This document shows, piece by piece, positions 1-8,655 of a stretch of 64,000 nucleotides of DNA. Where the stretch lies: the NCBI GenBank assembly GCA_017303675.1, contig JAFLBX010000001.1, forward strand, positions 133,970 through 197,969, written 5' to 3'. The DNA comes from Ignavibacteria bacterium. GTDB taxonomy: Bacteria; Bacteroidota; Ignavibacteria; Tepidaquicellales; OLB5. The first letter of the stretch is position 1. Each line of letters opens with the position of its first letter. Made by a program: the position numbers and the translations under genes. Below the pieces are notes generated by a model that worked only from the letters and a program-made list of their open reading frames with translations, was not told where the DNA came from and ran no database searches.

Positions 1-44
1 CATGCAGAAATGTCTTAATTAGTTTAAAAAAACTTTTTGCGCCA

Positions 45-824
45 TTGCCTGAAACATTGCACATGAAAATAAATAACACTGAATACAGTTACGATAAACA
101 AAAGGTTAAATATACAGCAAACAGGCAAACTGATCCTGTTATTGCTTCGCTGATACACAGCGCACTTGGTGATGCCAAAACAGTAATTAATATCGGGGCA
201 GGAACAGGCTCATATGAGCCGGCAGACCGTATCTTAACAGCAGTTGAACCTTCAGATATTATGCGGGCACAAAGAGGACCCCAAAAAGTACCGGCTATTG
301 CGGCATTTGCCGAAGATCTTCCGTTTGAAGATAACAGCTTTGATGCATCCATGGCCCTGTTGACAATTCATCACTGGCCTGATCTGAATAAAGGGCTGCT
401 GGAAATGAAGCGAGTTACCAAAAACACGATGGTGATCATGACATTCGACCCGGATGATGTACATAGATTCTGGCTTGCAGATTACTGCCCTGAAATGGTA
501 GATATAGACAGGGCACGTTCGCCAAAGATAAAATATATTACAGATACCTTGGGCAGCAGCTTTAAAATTATAAAAATTCCCGTTCCAATTGATTGTATCG
601 ATGGTTTCAATGAAGCCTTTTACGCAAGGCCTGAAGCATTCCTGAATGAATCTATCAGAAGGTCTCAATCCTTCTGGGATTTCCTTCCGCGAGAAAAAGA
701 AATGGAAGCGGTAAAAAAACTAAAAGAAGATCTCGATTCAGGAAATTGGGATAAAAAATACGGGCATTTAAAGAACCAAAATGAATTCGTAGGCGCCTTA
801 CGGTTAATAATTATAAAAAAATAA
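45..824 (+). CDS. class I SAM-dependent methyltransferase
   Basis: Glycine-rich SAM motif VINIGAGTGSY followed by an acidic loop and the FEDNSFD motif typical of Methyltransf_11/25. The start is uncertain: TTG at 45 or ATG at 63. Confidence 0.75.
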   Translation: MPETLHMKINNTEYSYDKQKVKYTANRQTDPVIASLIHSALGDAKTVINIGAGTGSYEPADRILTAVEPSDIMRAQRGPQKVPAIAAFAEDLPFEDNSFDASMALLTIHHWPDLNKGLLEMKRVTKNTMVIMTFDPDDVHRFWLADYCPEMVDIDRARSPKIKYITDTLGSSFKIIKIPVPIDCIDGFNEAFYARPEAFLNESIRRSQSFWDFLPREKEMEAVKKLKEDLDSGNWDKKYGHLKNQNEFVGALRLIIIKK

Positions 825-893
825 TCAAATAAGTCAACCTATAAAAGCATAGTATTCAATTACTTATGCAAATAAATTTCAATTTGCTATTGC

Positions 894-937
894 GAAACCG
901 AAAGGTTTCATTTATATTTGCAACCATATGGTTTCAT
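894..937. promoter_or_regulatory. candidate ArsR-type operator (two palindromes)
   Basis: GAAACC-GAAA-GGTTTC lies at 894-909 and a perfect 12-bp palindrome AACCATATGGTT at 922-933. Both are followed by GGTTTCAT and sit directly upstream of the ArsR gene ATG at 960. The first could instead be a weak terminator for the upstream gene. Confidence 0.3.
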
Positions 938-959
938 AAATAAAAAAGGATTAATTATT

Positions 960-1301
960 ATGAGAGATGTATTCCAGGCAATAGCTGATCCAACAAGAAG
1001 GGAAATTCTTGGTATGATAGCATACCGTTCATTAAATGTAAATGCCGTATCGGGGCACTTCGAGATCAGCCGGGCAGCAATTTACAAGCACCTGAAGATC
1101 CTGCGGGAAGCTGGACTCGTTGAAATAAAACAGGAAGGCAGAGAGCGCTTCTGCAGGGCAAAACTGGAAAAGCTTGAAGCAGTTTCAGACTGGGTTGACC
1201 AGTACAGAAAGCTTTGGAATCAGAAGCTGGATTCACTGGAAGCTTACCTTGATAAACTGCAGAACAGAAATAAAACCGGAGGAGATAGCAATGACAAATA
1301 A
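960..1301 (+). CDS. ArsR/SmtB family transcriptional regulator
   Basis: FQAIADPTRREILGMI plus an HTH segment (SRAAIYKHLKILREAGLV) are typical ArsR family features. ATG 960 is preferred over the upstream TTG 918 in the ORF track. Confidence 0.85.
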   Translation: MRDVFQAIADPTRREILGMIAYRSLNVNAVSGHFEISRAAIYKHLKILREAGLVEIKQEGRERFCRAKLEKLEAVSDWVDQYRKLWNQKLDSLEAYLDKLQNRNKTGGDSNDK

Positions 1302-1638
1302 GGAAATTATAAGAAAAGTTAATGCCGGCTTTAATTCTGGTGATACGGAAGAAATCCTGAAGTATGTGGCAGATGATGTTACATGGGAGTGTCCCGGCTT
1401 TTTTTCACATAAAGGGATTGAAGCATTCAGAAAAGAAATCCACAACGAAGCATTTTCCGGCCTGCCTGTTATAACAGTGACCAATGAGCTTGAAGATGGT
1501 GAACTGGTTGCAGCTGAAGGATATGTAAAGGCGGCAAAAAAAGACGGAAGCCCTTTTTCCTGCAGGTTCTTTGATATTTACAGGATTGAAGGCGGAAAGA
1601 TCAAAGAAATGCGTTCATACCTTGTTGATATTAAATAA
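1291..1638 (+). CDS. SnoaL-like / NTF2-fold protein
   Basis: About 115 aa from ATG 1291, preceded by GGAG. The start overlaps the ArsR stop by 11 nt. The pattern ...FNSGDTEEILKYVADDVTWE...GGKIKEMRSY is typical of SnoaL_2 domains. Confidence 0.65.
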   Translation: MTNKEIIRKVNAGFNSGDTEEILKYVADDVTWECPGFFSHKGIEAFRKEIHNEAFSGLPVITVTNELEDGELVAAEGYVKAAKKDGSPFSCRFFDIYRIEGGKIKEMRSYLVDIK

Positions 1639-1665
1639 TTTTGTAAACATAAATTTTTAAATACC

Positions 1666-2136
1666 ATGGAAAAACAAAATGAATTAAAAATTGTAAGAAG
1701 TTTCAATGCTTCTAAAGAGCAGGTCTGGCATGCATGGAGCGACGAGGAACATTTTAAACAGTGGTGGGGACCCAAAGAATTCACCTGTCCTGATTGTTCC
1801 ATCGATTTTAAAGTTGGCGGCAAATGGCTTGCCAGTATGATGGATAATAACGGCAATAAAATCTGGGCAACAGGTGTTTACAAAGAGATCGTTCCGTATG
1901 AAAAAATAGTTTTTACTGATTGTTTTGCAGATGAGAAAAGTAATGTGATATCTTCAGAAGTTTACGGGATGAAAGGAATACCTATGGAAATGCTTGTGAC
2001 TGTACTTATAAAGGAAAGCAGCGGTAAAACAGAAATGACCATTATTCATAAAGGATTACCTGAAGGTGAGCTCAAAACTGGCGCTAATATTGGCTGGAAT
2101 ACTTCAATTGATAAAATGGAAGAAAGCTTTAAATAA
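1666..2136 (+). CDS. SRPBCC family protein (AHSA1/Aha1-domain type)
   Basis: The signature ...W.AW...EHFKQWWGPKEFTCP...DFKVGGKW is typical of Aha1-domain SRPBCC proteins. It is a paralog of the genes at 2174 and 4553. Confidence 0.8.
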   Translation: MEKQNELKIVRSFNASKEQVWHAWSDEEHFKQWWGPKEFTCPDCSIDFKVGGKWLASMMDNNGNKIWATGVYKEIVPYEKIVFTDCFADEKSNVISSEVYGMKGIPMEMLVTVLIKESSGKTEMTIIHKGLPEGELKTGANIGWNTSIDKMEESFK

Positions 2137-2173
2137 AATAATTTACTTCATCCGTAAACCAAATTAATTAATT

Positions 2174-2674
2174 ATGCAGCAAACTAAAGAAGACGTTACT
2201 GATTTAACAGGCAGGAAGCTGGTTATCGTCAGGGAATTTAACGCACCCGTAGAAACAGTCTGGAATGCCTGGACATCCGAAGAGCATTTCAAAATGTGGT
2301 GGGGACCGGAAGGATATACCTGCCCATATTGCAGGATCGATCTTAAAGTTGGAGGCAAATATCTTTTCTGTATGCGTTCATCAAACGGAAAGGAATACTG
2401 GACAACAGGAGAATACCTTGAAATATCCGCACCGGTTAAGCTTGTGTATACAGATTCATTTTCCGATGAAAACGGAAATCCCCTGCCGCCTCCTTTTGAT
2501 CTCACTTCAGCGGAATTTCCTGAACCGGTGAAAGTATCCGTTATACTTCTGGATAAAAATGGAAAAACAGTTATGACCCTCATACATGAAGGTATACCTG
2601 AGGATGAATTAAAACAGCTTGCTGAAAAGATATGGAACGAAGCATTTGATAAAATGTCGGCAGTTGTTATTTAA
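2174..2674 (+). CDS. SRPBCC family protein (AHSA1/Aha1-domain type)
   Basis: VWNAWTSEEHFKMWWGPEGYTCPYCRIDLKVGGKY; paralog of the gene at 1666. Confidence 0.8.
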   Translation: MQQTKEDVTDLTGRKLVIVREFNAPVETVWNAWTSEEHFKMWWGPEGYTCPYCRIDLKVGGKYLFCMRSSNGKEYWTTGEYLEISAPVKLVYTDSFSDENGNPLPPPFDLTSAEFPEPVKVSVILLDKNGKTVMTLIHEGIPEDELKQLAEKIWNEAFDKMSAVVI

Positions 2675-2699
2675 ATGAAGATAAAAAAACTTTAAAATT

Positions 2700-4091
2700 T
2701 TGCCTGAAAAAAGAAGCAGAGCTTTAAAAATATTTGATACGATAGTCCAATCCCTTAAAGGGGTGGAATATGACTACACCAAAGGAAGCATAAACAAGGC
2801 GGTGTTCCTGCTTGCAATACCTATGATGCTTGAGCTTAGCCTTGAAAGCGTATTTGCTGTAGTTGATATGTTCTTTGTAAGCAAGCTGGGTCCGAACGCC
2901 ATTGCAACTGTTGGGCTTACGGAATCAGTTGTTACAATTGTATATTCCATATCTATAGGATTAAGCACAGGTGCAACGGCTATAATTGCACGCAGGGTCG
3001 GAGAAAAAGACCTTCCTTCGGCGGCAAAAGCCTGCGCGCAGTCTTTGATAATCGCACTGGCTGTTTCAGTAGTTATCAGCTTTCCGGGAATATTCTTCGC
3101 ATCAGATATCCTTGCTCTCATGGGCGCCAGCCCTGAGGTGGTTAATGAAGGCGCTATTTTCGCACAGATCTTAATCGGAGGTAATCTTGTTATTATACTG
3201 CTGTTCCTTATTAACGGTATATTCCGCGGAGCAGGAAATGCGGCCATGGCTATGAAAAGCCTTTGGATAGCGAGCCTTGCGAATATTATTTTATGCCCAA
3301 TCCTGATTCATTTTTACGGTCTCAAAGGGGCAGCAATAGCTACTGTTATTGGCAGAACGTCCGGGGTTGTTTACCAGTGCTACCATCTTTTCAACGGGAA
3401 AAGCTTTTTAAAGATAAGCAAAGAATATTTTAGGATAAATTTTGAGCTGATAAGATCAATTATCAAAATTTCATGGCCGGCAACTATGCAGTTCATAATA
3501 GCCAGCGGAAGCTGGATAGTTTTAACAAGGCTTGTGGCTGAAACAGGAGGAACGAACGCTTCAGCAGGATACCAGATCGCATTCAGGAATATGGTATTTT
3601 TCTTCCTTCCCGCATGGGGCTTAAGCAACGCTGCCGCAACACTTGTTGGGCAGAACCTCGGCGCGAAAGAGCTTGAACGCGCTGAACAAAGCGTACTGCT
3701 TTCTGTGAAGTATAATATAATTTTTATGGGACTGGTAATGGTAACTTTTCTTATCTTCCCTGAGCAGATTATAAGGATATTTACAAGTGATGAAGCAGTA
3801 TTAAGCTACGGTGCGCATGCGCTTCAGATCATAGGAGCCGGATATATATTTTTCGGTATTGGGATGGTTTTTACACAGGCTTTAAACGGCGCAGGTGATA
3901 CAAGGACTCCGACTATTATTAACCTGGTATGTTTCTGGGTTTTCCAGGTTCCCTTCGCATATTTTTTAGCTTATGTGCTGGAGCTCAGCTCAACAGGTGC
4001 TTTTATAGCTATACCGGCAGCAGAAGTTTTAATAGCACTGCTTTCCTGGTATTACTTCCGGAAAGGCAAATGGAAAGCTGTAAAAGTATAA
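2700..4091 (+). CDS. MATE family efflux transporter
   Basis: 463 aa with about 12 predicted TM helices. N-terminal LAIPMMLE and internal ISWPATMQ motifs are typical of the two MatE repeats. The start is TTG. Confidence 0.85.
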   Translation: MPEKRSRALKIFDTIVQSLKGVEYDYTKGSINKAVFLLAIPMMLELSLESVFAVVDMFFVSKLGPNAIATVGLTESVVTIVYSISIGLSTGATAIIARRVGEKDLPSAAKACAQSLIIALAVSVVISFPGIFFASDILALMGASPEVVNEGAIFAQILIGGNLVIILLFLINGIFRGAGNAAMAMKSLWIASLANIILCPILIHFYGLKGAAIATVIGRTSGVVYQCYHLFNGKSFLKISKEYFRINFELIRSIIKISWPATMQFIIASGSWIVLTRLVAETGGTNASAGYQIAFRNMVFFFLPAWGLSNAAATLVGQNLGAKELERAEQSVLLSVKYNIIFMGLVMVTFLIFPEQIIRIFTSDEAVLSYGAHALQIIGAGYIFFGIGMVFTQALNGAGDTRTPTIINLVCFWVFQVPFAYFLAYVLELSSTGAFIAIPAAEVLIALLSWYYFRKGKWKAVKV

Positions 4092-4119
4092 CTCAATTTA
4101 ATAAATAAAAACTAAAACA

Positions 4120-4551
4120 ATGTTCAGGAATTTTCTTCAAAAGTATTCAGATGCGGGATTATTATTTATCCGCATAGGTATAGGAATACCATTTGTATTT
4201 GTTTATGGCATAATGAAAATTGAAGGAGGCCCCGAGATGTGGCAAATGATCGGCGCTGCAATGTCAAATATAAAAATAAATTTCGGGCATGTGTTCTTTG
4301 GTTTCCTGGCTGCAGCAAGCGAATTTTTTGGGGGTATACTGATACTTCTCGGCTTATTCACCCGCACAGCAGCGGCATTTCTGGCATTTACAATGCTGAT
4401 GGCATTCATAACCCATTTATCAATGCTCGATCCATGGCATGTTGCTATGCACCCAATGGAGCTGTTCGGTGTATTCATGGGCCTGCTATTTGCCGGAGCC
4501 GGAAAGTACAGTCTTGACAATATTTTATTTAACAAAAAAAGTTCTAATTAA
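4120..4551 (+). CDS. DoxX family membrane protein
   Basis: 143 aa with 4 TM helices. LLFIRIGIGIPF...EFFGGILILLGLFTR is typical of DoxX. Confidence 0.8.
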   Translation: MFRNFLQKYSDAGLLFIRIGIGIPFVFVYGIMKIEGGPEMWQMIGAAMSNIKINFGHVFFGFLAAASEFFGGILILLGLFTRTAAAFLAFTMLMAFITHLSMLDPWHVAMHPMELFGVFMGLLFAGAGKYSLDNILFNKKSSN

Positions 4552-4552
4552 A

Positions 4553-5044
4553 ATGAAAACTGAAAACACTGAAGTAACTGAACAAAGCACAAAAACTGAA
4601 AAAGAAATGATCTTTTCCCGGATAATTGATGCACCGAGGGAGCTGGTTTGGAAAGTATGGACAGACCGGGATCATATTGCAAAATGGTGGGGTCCGGATG
4701 GCTTTACTATTACAACCAGGCAGTTTGAGCTTAAGCCTGGCGGTATCTGGCTGCATACCCTGCACGGACCCGATGGCAGGGATTACCCGAATAAAATTGT
4801 TTTTATGGAAATAGCTGAACCTGAAAGGCTTTTATACAGGCATTCAGATGATGACGGCGCTGAACCGGTAAGATTTCATGTTGAGGTAACTTTTAAAGAG
4901 ACCAATGGGAAAACTCATTTAACAATGCACTCAATATTTGAAACTGAAGAAATGCTTAAATTGGTTGTTGAAAATTATGGCGCATTCGAAGGGGCGTTAC
5001 AGCACCTGGCAAGACTAAGGGAATATATTTCTACTCTTAAGTAA
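4553..5044 (+). CDS. SRPBCC family protein (AHSA1/Aha1-domain type)
   Basis: VWKVWTDRDHIAKWWGPDGFT...ELKPGGIW. ATG 4553 is used. The 4439 ORF-track start overlaps DoxX and is rejected. Confidence 0.8.
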   Translation: MKTENTEVTEQSTKTEKEMIFSRIIDAPRELVWKVWTDRDHIAKWWGPDGFTITTRQFELKPGGIWLHTLHGPDGRDYPNKIVFMEIAEPERLLYRHSDDDGAEPVRFHVEVTFKETNGKTHLTMHSIFETEEMLKLVVENYGAFEGALQHLARLREYISTLK

Positions 5045-5070
5045 TATTTATTGTTAAAACTTTTGTTAAG

Positions 5071-5098
5071 CTGCCGGTTTATTCCCGGCAGTTTTTTT
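5071..5098 (+). terminator. intrinsic terminator ending the ArsR-to-SRPBCC operon
   Basis: Stem CTGCCGG / CCGGCAG with a 7-nt loop, followed by T7. Confidence 0.6.
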
Positions 5099-5202
5099 AT
5101 ATATCGTATTGTAACTTGATAATTAGTACATATAATTTGATTTTGCAAAAAAACATATACGCAGCCAATTGATGCCATGAAAAAAAGAAAGGTATAAAGA
5201 TC

Positions 5203-5496
5203 ATGAGTACAGTACTAAAAGATAATACCGATAAAAAACAGTTTGAGCTAGAAGCTGATGGCCATATTGCAAGAATTGAATATATCATTATGGCAAACAA
5301 AATATTATTAACTCATACAGAAGTACCGGCAGAACTTGAAGGTAAAGGCATTGGCTCAAAAATTGTTAAGCTGGCATTTGAAGAAATTGAAAAGTGGGGT
5401 CTCAAGCTTATACCGCTTTGCCCGTTTGTCGCAAAATATATAACAAAACATCCGGAGTGGAAAAAAATTCTGGCTGATGATGTAACAATAAAATGA
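5203..5496 (+). CDS. small GNAT-like N-acetyltransferase (YjdJ type)
   Basis: 97 aa. ...THTEVPAELEGKGIGSKIVK...IPLCPFV..YI.KHPEW is typical of the Acetyltransf_CG family. Confidence 0.7.
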   Translation: MSTVLKDNTDKKQFELEADGHIARIEYIIMANKILLTHTEVPAELEGKGIGSKIVKLAFEEIEKWGLKLIPLCPFVAKYITKHPEWKKILADDVTIK

Positions 5497-5797
5497 CAAC
5501 CAGTTACTGCTTATACAGTCTAATATATATTAATCGGCCTTCCGGAGCATCTAATTTATGAAATTAAGTTTAAATTTGTTATAAATAGTATTTACAACTG
5601 ATTTAAAAGGTTTAGTAGCTGTATAGAACTACAATAATTGCTGAAATAACATCTATTTTGCAGATTTTAAGACCTAAAATGTGCATAAATTTATACAGAA
5701 AAATATTTAATGAAAAATGGTATATTTGCAGGACTTACCGATATTATGAGCAGAAGTTCATTTTTTTTACGAAACTATATTATAAGGGTTAATTATC

Positions 5798-6370
5798 ATG
5801 AAGGAAATTATTCAGCATTTCTTTAAATATTTTTCACAATCCCCTTTTGAACTTTATAACGAATCAGGATTAAGGCATGAATTAGGGATATTTCTTAAGA
5901 AATATTATCCGGAGCTTAATGTAAAGCTGGATTACCCTATTTCCAGAATGTTTAATCCGATCCCGAAACTTGCAAATAAAGAAGCAGATATTTTTATAAT
6001 CGAAAGCGGCGTTCAGAAACATGTAATTGAACTTAAAATGCCGAAGGATGAAAATGCCAGCCATGTTGATCTTTACAGGGTTATCCAGGATCTTAAATTC
6101 CTTGAACAGCTTAAAGCCCAGGGATACGATACATGTACTGAAGTATTCTTAACAAAGCGTAAAAACATTTGGGAATCGATTAACGGCGGTATTTATAAAT
6201 TGTTTGCAGGTGATTCAGTTAATCTGCGTTCAGTAAAAAAAGATGAGATCCAGCCTTTCCTTATTCATGGCGGTCCTATAGAGCTTGAAGGCACATACAA
6301 AGCAAAATGGGAAGTTATCCATGATGCCAAGGGTGATGAATACAGGTACTTTCTGGTTAACGTAAAATAA
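5798..6370 (+). CDS. hypothetical protein, possible PD-(D/E)xK nuclease fold
   Basis: 190 aa. E(LGIF)...EADIFIIE...HVIELKMPK gives an E / D / ExK arrangement. The gene is preceded by 300 nt of AT-rich non-coding DNA. The function call is weak. Confidence 0.4.
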   Translation: MKEIIQHFFKYFSQSPFELYNESGLRHELGIFLKKYYPELNVKLDYPISRMFNPIPKLANKEADIFIIESGVQKHVIELKMPKDENASHVDLYRVIQDLKFLEQLKAQGYDTCTEVFLTKRKNIWESINGGIYKLFAGDSVNLRSVKKDEIQPFLIHGGPIELEGTYKAKWEVIHDAKGDEYRYFLVNVK

Positions 6371-6433
6371 GCTATTACATTCTATTTACACAAAGAATTA
6401 ACAGTTTCAAATAATATAGCAGAATAATATTTT

Positions 6434-6775
6434 TTGGTAATAACTGTTACATCAATAAAGCTGAAAAGTGTCTGGTATTTTTTCAGGCTTTCAGCATGGG
6501 GATATAAGATCCAGAAACAGCTGAGAAAAGAGCCCGGATTTATTAAAATGAAAAATACCGGCTTCGGCTCTGACCATTACACACTTTCCGTTTGGCAATC
6601 TGAAAACGACCTTAAAAGATTTGCTCGCAGCGGCGTTCATGCAGAAGCAATGAAACAATCAAGAAGCTTATCCACCGAGATCCGCACTTATACATTTACA
6701 TCCGATATCATTCCGGGATGGCCCGAAGCAAAAGACCTGCTTCGATCAAAAGCAAAAGTACTACAATTTAAATAG
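6434..6775 (+). CDS. DUF3291/ABM-like small protein
   Basis: LSVWQSENDLKRFARSGVHAEAMK resembles the DUF3291 / dimeric alpha-beta barrel signature. The start is TTG. Confidence 0.4.
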   Translation: MVITVTSIKLKSVWYFFRLSAWGYKIQKQLRKEPGFIKMKNTGFGSDHYTLSVWQSENDLKRFARSGVHAEAMKQSRSLSTEIRTYTFTSDIIPGWPEAKDLLRSKAKVLQFK

Positions 6776-6786
6776 CCGTTCTTAAA

Positions 6787-7308
6787 ATGGATAAATTCAT
6801 AATTGAATCCGAACGAATCAGGCTGCGTGAGTTCAATTCCGGCGATGGGGAGTTTATTTACAAACTACTAAATACTCCGGGATGGCTTAAATATATAGGA
6901 AGCCGGTCCATAAACTGCCCGGAAGACGGAGTAAAATATATTGAAGAAAAATTAGCCAAAGGCTACAAAGAAAACGGTTTCGGCTTTTATCTCATGATAC
7001 TTAAATCCACCGGACAAAAAGCCGGGATGTGCGGGCTGGTAAAAAGAGACGGGCTTGATGATGTTGATATAGGCTTTGCTCTTCTGCCTGAATTTGAGAA
7101 TTTCGGCTATGCTGCCGAAGCTTCGCAAAGTGTTTTACAGTTCGCAAAAGATGTTCTGAAACTGCACAGGATAGCTGCAATTACTGTACCTTATAACTAT
7201 TCTTCTATTAAACTGCTTGAAAAGCTTGGGATGAAATTTGAAAAAACGATCAATATACCCAATGACACTGAAGATCTTCTGCTTTATACCAAAGAATTGT
7301 ATGACTGA
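6787..7308 (+). CDS. GNAT family N-acetyltransferase (RimJ/RimL-like)
   Basis: ERIRLREF N-terminus and FGYAAEA...A....N..S..L.EKLGM motif A/B region. Confidence 0.8.
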   Translation: MDKFIIESERIRLREFNSGDGEFIYKLLNTPGWLKYIGSRSINCPEDGVKYIEEKLAKGYKENGFGFYLMILKSTGQKAGMCGLVKRDGLDDVDIGFALLPEFENFGYAAEASQSVLQFAKDVLKLHRIAAITVPYNYSSIKLLEKLGMKFEKTINIPNDTEDLLLYTKELYD

Positions 7309-7311
7309 ACC

Positions 7312-7671
7312 ATGGAAAAAGTAATTATAAGCGATAAGCTTGAGCTTATTAATAAATACTGGGACCCGAAAATAGCCGGAGAGCTGAACGGACAGCATGT
7401 TAAGCTTGTTAAGTTCAAAGGAGAATTTGTCTGGCATAAACATGATAAAGAAGATGAGATGTTCTACGTCTTAAAAGGCAGCTTCGTTATGAAGCTTCGC
7501 AGCGGGGATATAACTATCAATGAAAATGAATTTATAATTATTCCCAAAGGGACAGAGCATTGCCCGATTGCTGATGAAGAAGTATCCGTTATGCTGTTTG
7601 AGCCGTCCGGGACCCTAAACACAGGCAACGTTATTAATGAATTTACTAAAAATGATCTTAAAACAATATAA
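7312..7671 (+). CDS. cupin domain protein
   Basis: GEFVWHKHDKEDEMFYVLKG...IIIPKGTEHCP gives the cupin_2 metal-binding motifs. Confidence 0.8.
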   Translation: MEKVIISDKLELINKYWDPKIAGELNGQHVKLVKFKGEFVWHKHDKEDEMFYVLKGSFVMKLRSGDITINENEFIIIPKGTEHCPIADEEVSVMLFEPSGTLNTGNVINEFTKNDLKTI

Positions 7672-7691
7672 TTGTTTACCTGAGGATTATT

Positions 7692-8069
7692 ATGCCGTAC
7701 TCAATAAAATTTGAAACATCTCCCCGGAGGATCGAGGTTGAATATTCAGGAACTGTAACCGATGACGAATTTAATCAGGCTATTAATGATTTTGTAAATT
7801 TTAATAAAGATAAAAATTGTCTGCTGGTGCTCACAGATCTAACTGAAATGAAAGTAACCCCTTCCATTTTAAATGTTTATAATTCAATCAATACATTTGA
7901 AAAAATGGGTATTGATAACAGGACATCTGAAGCCTTGATTCTTGAACAAAATAAATTTGTAGAAAGTAATATTAAATTTTACGAAAATGCCTGCCAAAAC
8001 CGTGGTTATAATGTCAGGATATTTTACAACAGGGAAGATGCGATTCATTGGTTAAAACTGCAGGAATGA
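7692..8069 (+). CDS. hypothetical protein
   Basis: 125-aa ORF, 20 nt after the cupin gene. No motif recognised. An SpoIIAA/STAS-like alpha/beta pattern is only a guess. Confidence 0.45.
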   Translation: MPYSIKFETSPRRIEVEYSGTVTDDEFNQAINDFVNFNKDKNCLLVLTDLTEMKVTPSILNVYNSINTFEKMGIDNRTSEALILEQNKFVESNIKFYENACQNRGYNVRIFYNREDAIHWLKLQE

Positions 8070-8102
8070 TTAACTAATTAATGTTCTTATACGATTTTAT
8101 TT

Positions 8103-8651
8103 TTACAGTTCAAATTTCACCGGCGTTTTTGTTTTATTCATCCAGTCACTCTTTAAGATCGAATATCCCGTACAATCATACCTGATACCATCAGCATCAG
8201 GCCAGGCCTGGCGGTAATGAGCTTCCTTTACAAATCCGCATTTTTCAAATACACTGCGCATCGCTGTATTATCTATCCTTGTAGTAGCTTCAAACCTTAG
8301 CTTATTGGGGTAGTTTGTAAACACAAAATTTGTAAGCCAGTTTAAGGCTTTTTTACCGATTCCTTTACAGCGAAATTCTTCTTTAATTTTTATATCAAAT
8401 AACGGGGTTTCATCATCTTCAGGTCCTGAACCCAGATCGAACAATCTTATTACACCTATCAATTCATCTTTGTTATTTAAGATAACAAATGTTCTGTGTC
8501 CTTCACCGGTAAAATACCCTTCGCTGAATTGTTTTTCCAGCTTTTCCCTGGGAATTTTGGGTGAGCTATGGAACGGCCAGTAACCGGAGGTAAGGAAATC
8601 CAATACTGAATCTTTTAGGTTAACATCAAATTCTTTTATTTCAATATCCAT
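8103..8651 (-). CDS. GNAT family N-acetyltransferase
   Basis: FRCKGIGKKALNWL...N..A..VFEKCGF motif A/B. Confidence 0.8.
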   Translation of the reverse strand: MDIEIKEFDVNLKDSVLDFLTSGYWPFHSSPKIPREKLEKQFSEGYFTGEGHRTFVILNNKDELIGVIRLFDLGSGPEDDETPLFDIKIKEEFRCKGIGKKALNWLTNFVFTNYPNKLRFEATTRIDNTAMRSVFEKCGFVKEAHYRQAWPDADGIRYDCTGYSILKSDWMNKTKTPVKFEL

Positions 8652-8655
8652 AATA

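Noticed and set aside
252-668. 138-aa antisense ORF, and similar ones such as 2164-2583, 2774-3247, 19184-19513, 19736-20080, 24833-25264, 41211-41516, 46181-46513 and 54798-55148.
   Set aside because: All lie fully inside longer opposite-strand genes with clear family motifs. Their translations are low-complexity or Cys/Ser/Phe-rich shadow sequences.
4439-4552. N-terminal extension of the third SRPBCC ORF given in the ORF track.
   Set aside because: It overlaps the DoxX gene in another frame and encodes a Cys/Trp-rich non-homologous peptide. ATG 4553 sits directly after the DoxX stop and aligns with the paralog N-termini.
5497-5797. Possible tRNA, ncRNA or attachment site in the long AT-rich gap.
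   Set aside because: No cloverleaf-compatible GC stems, no conserved T-loop or anticodon-like features, and no flanking direct repeats or integrase were seen. It is left as plain intergenic or promoter DNA.
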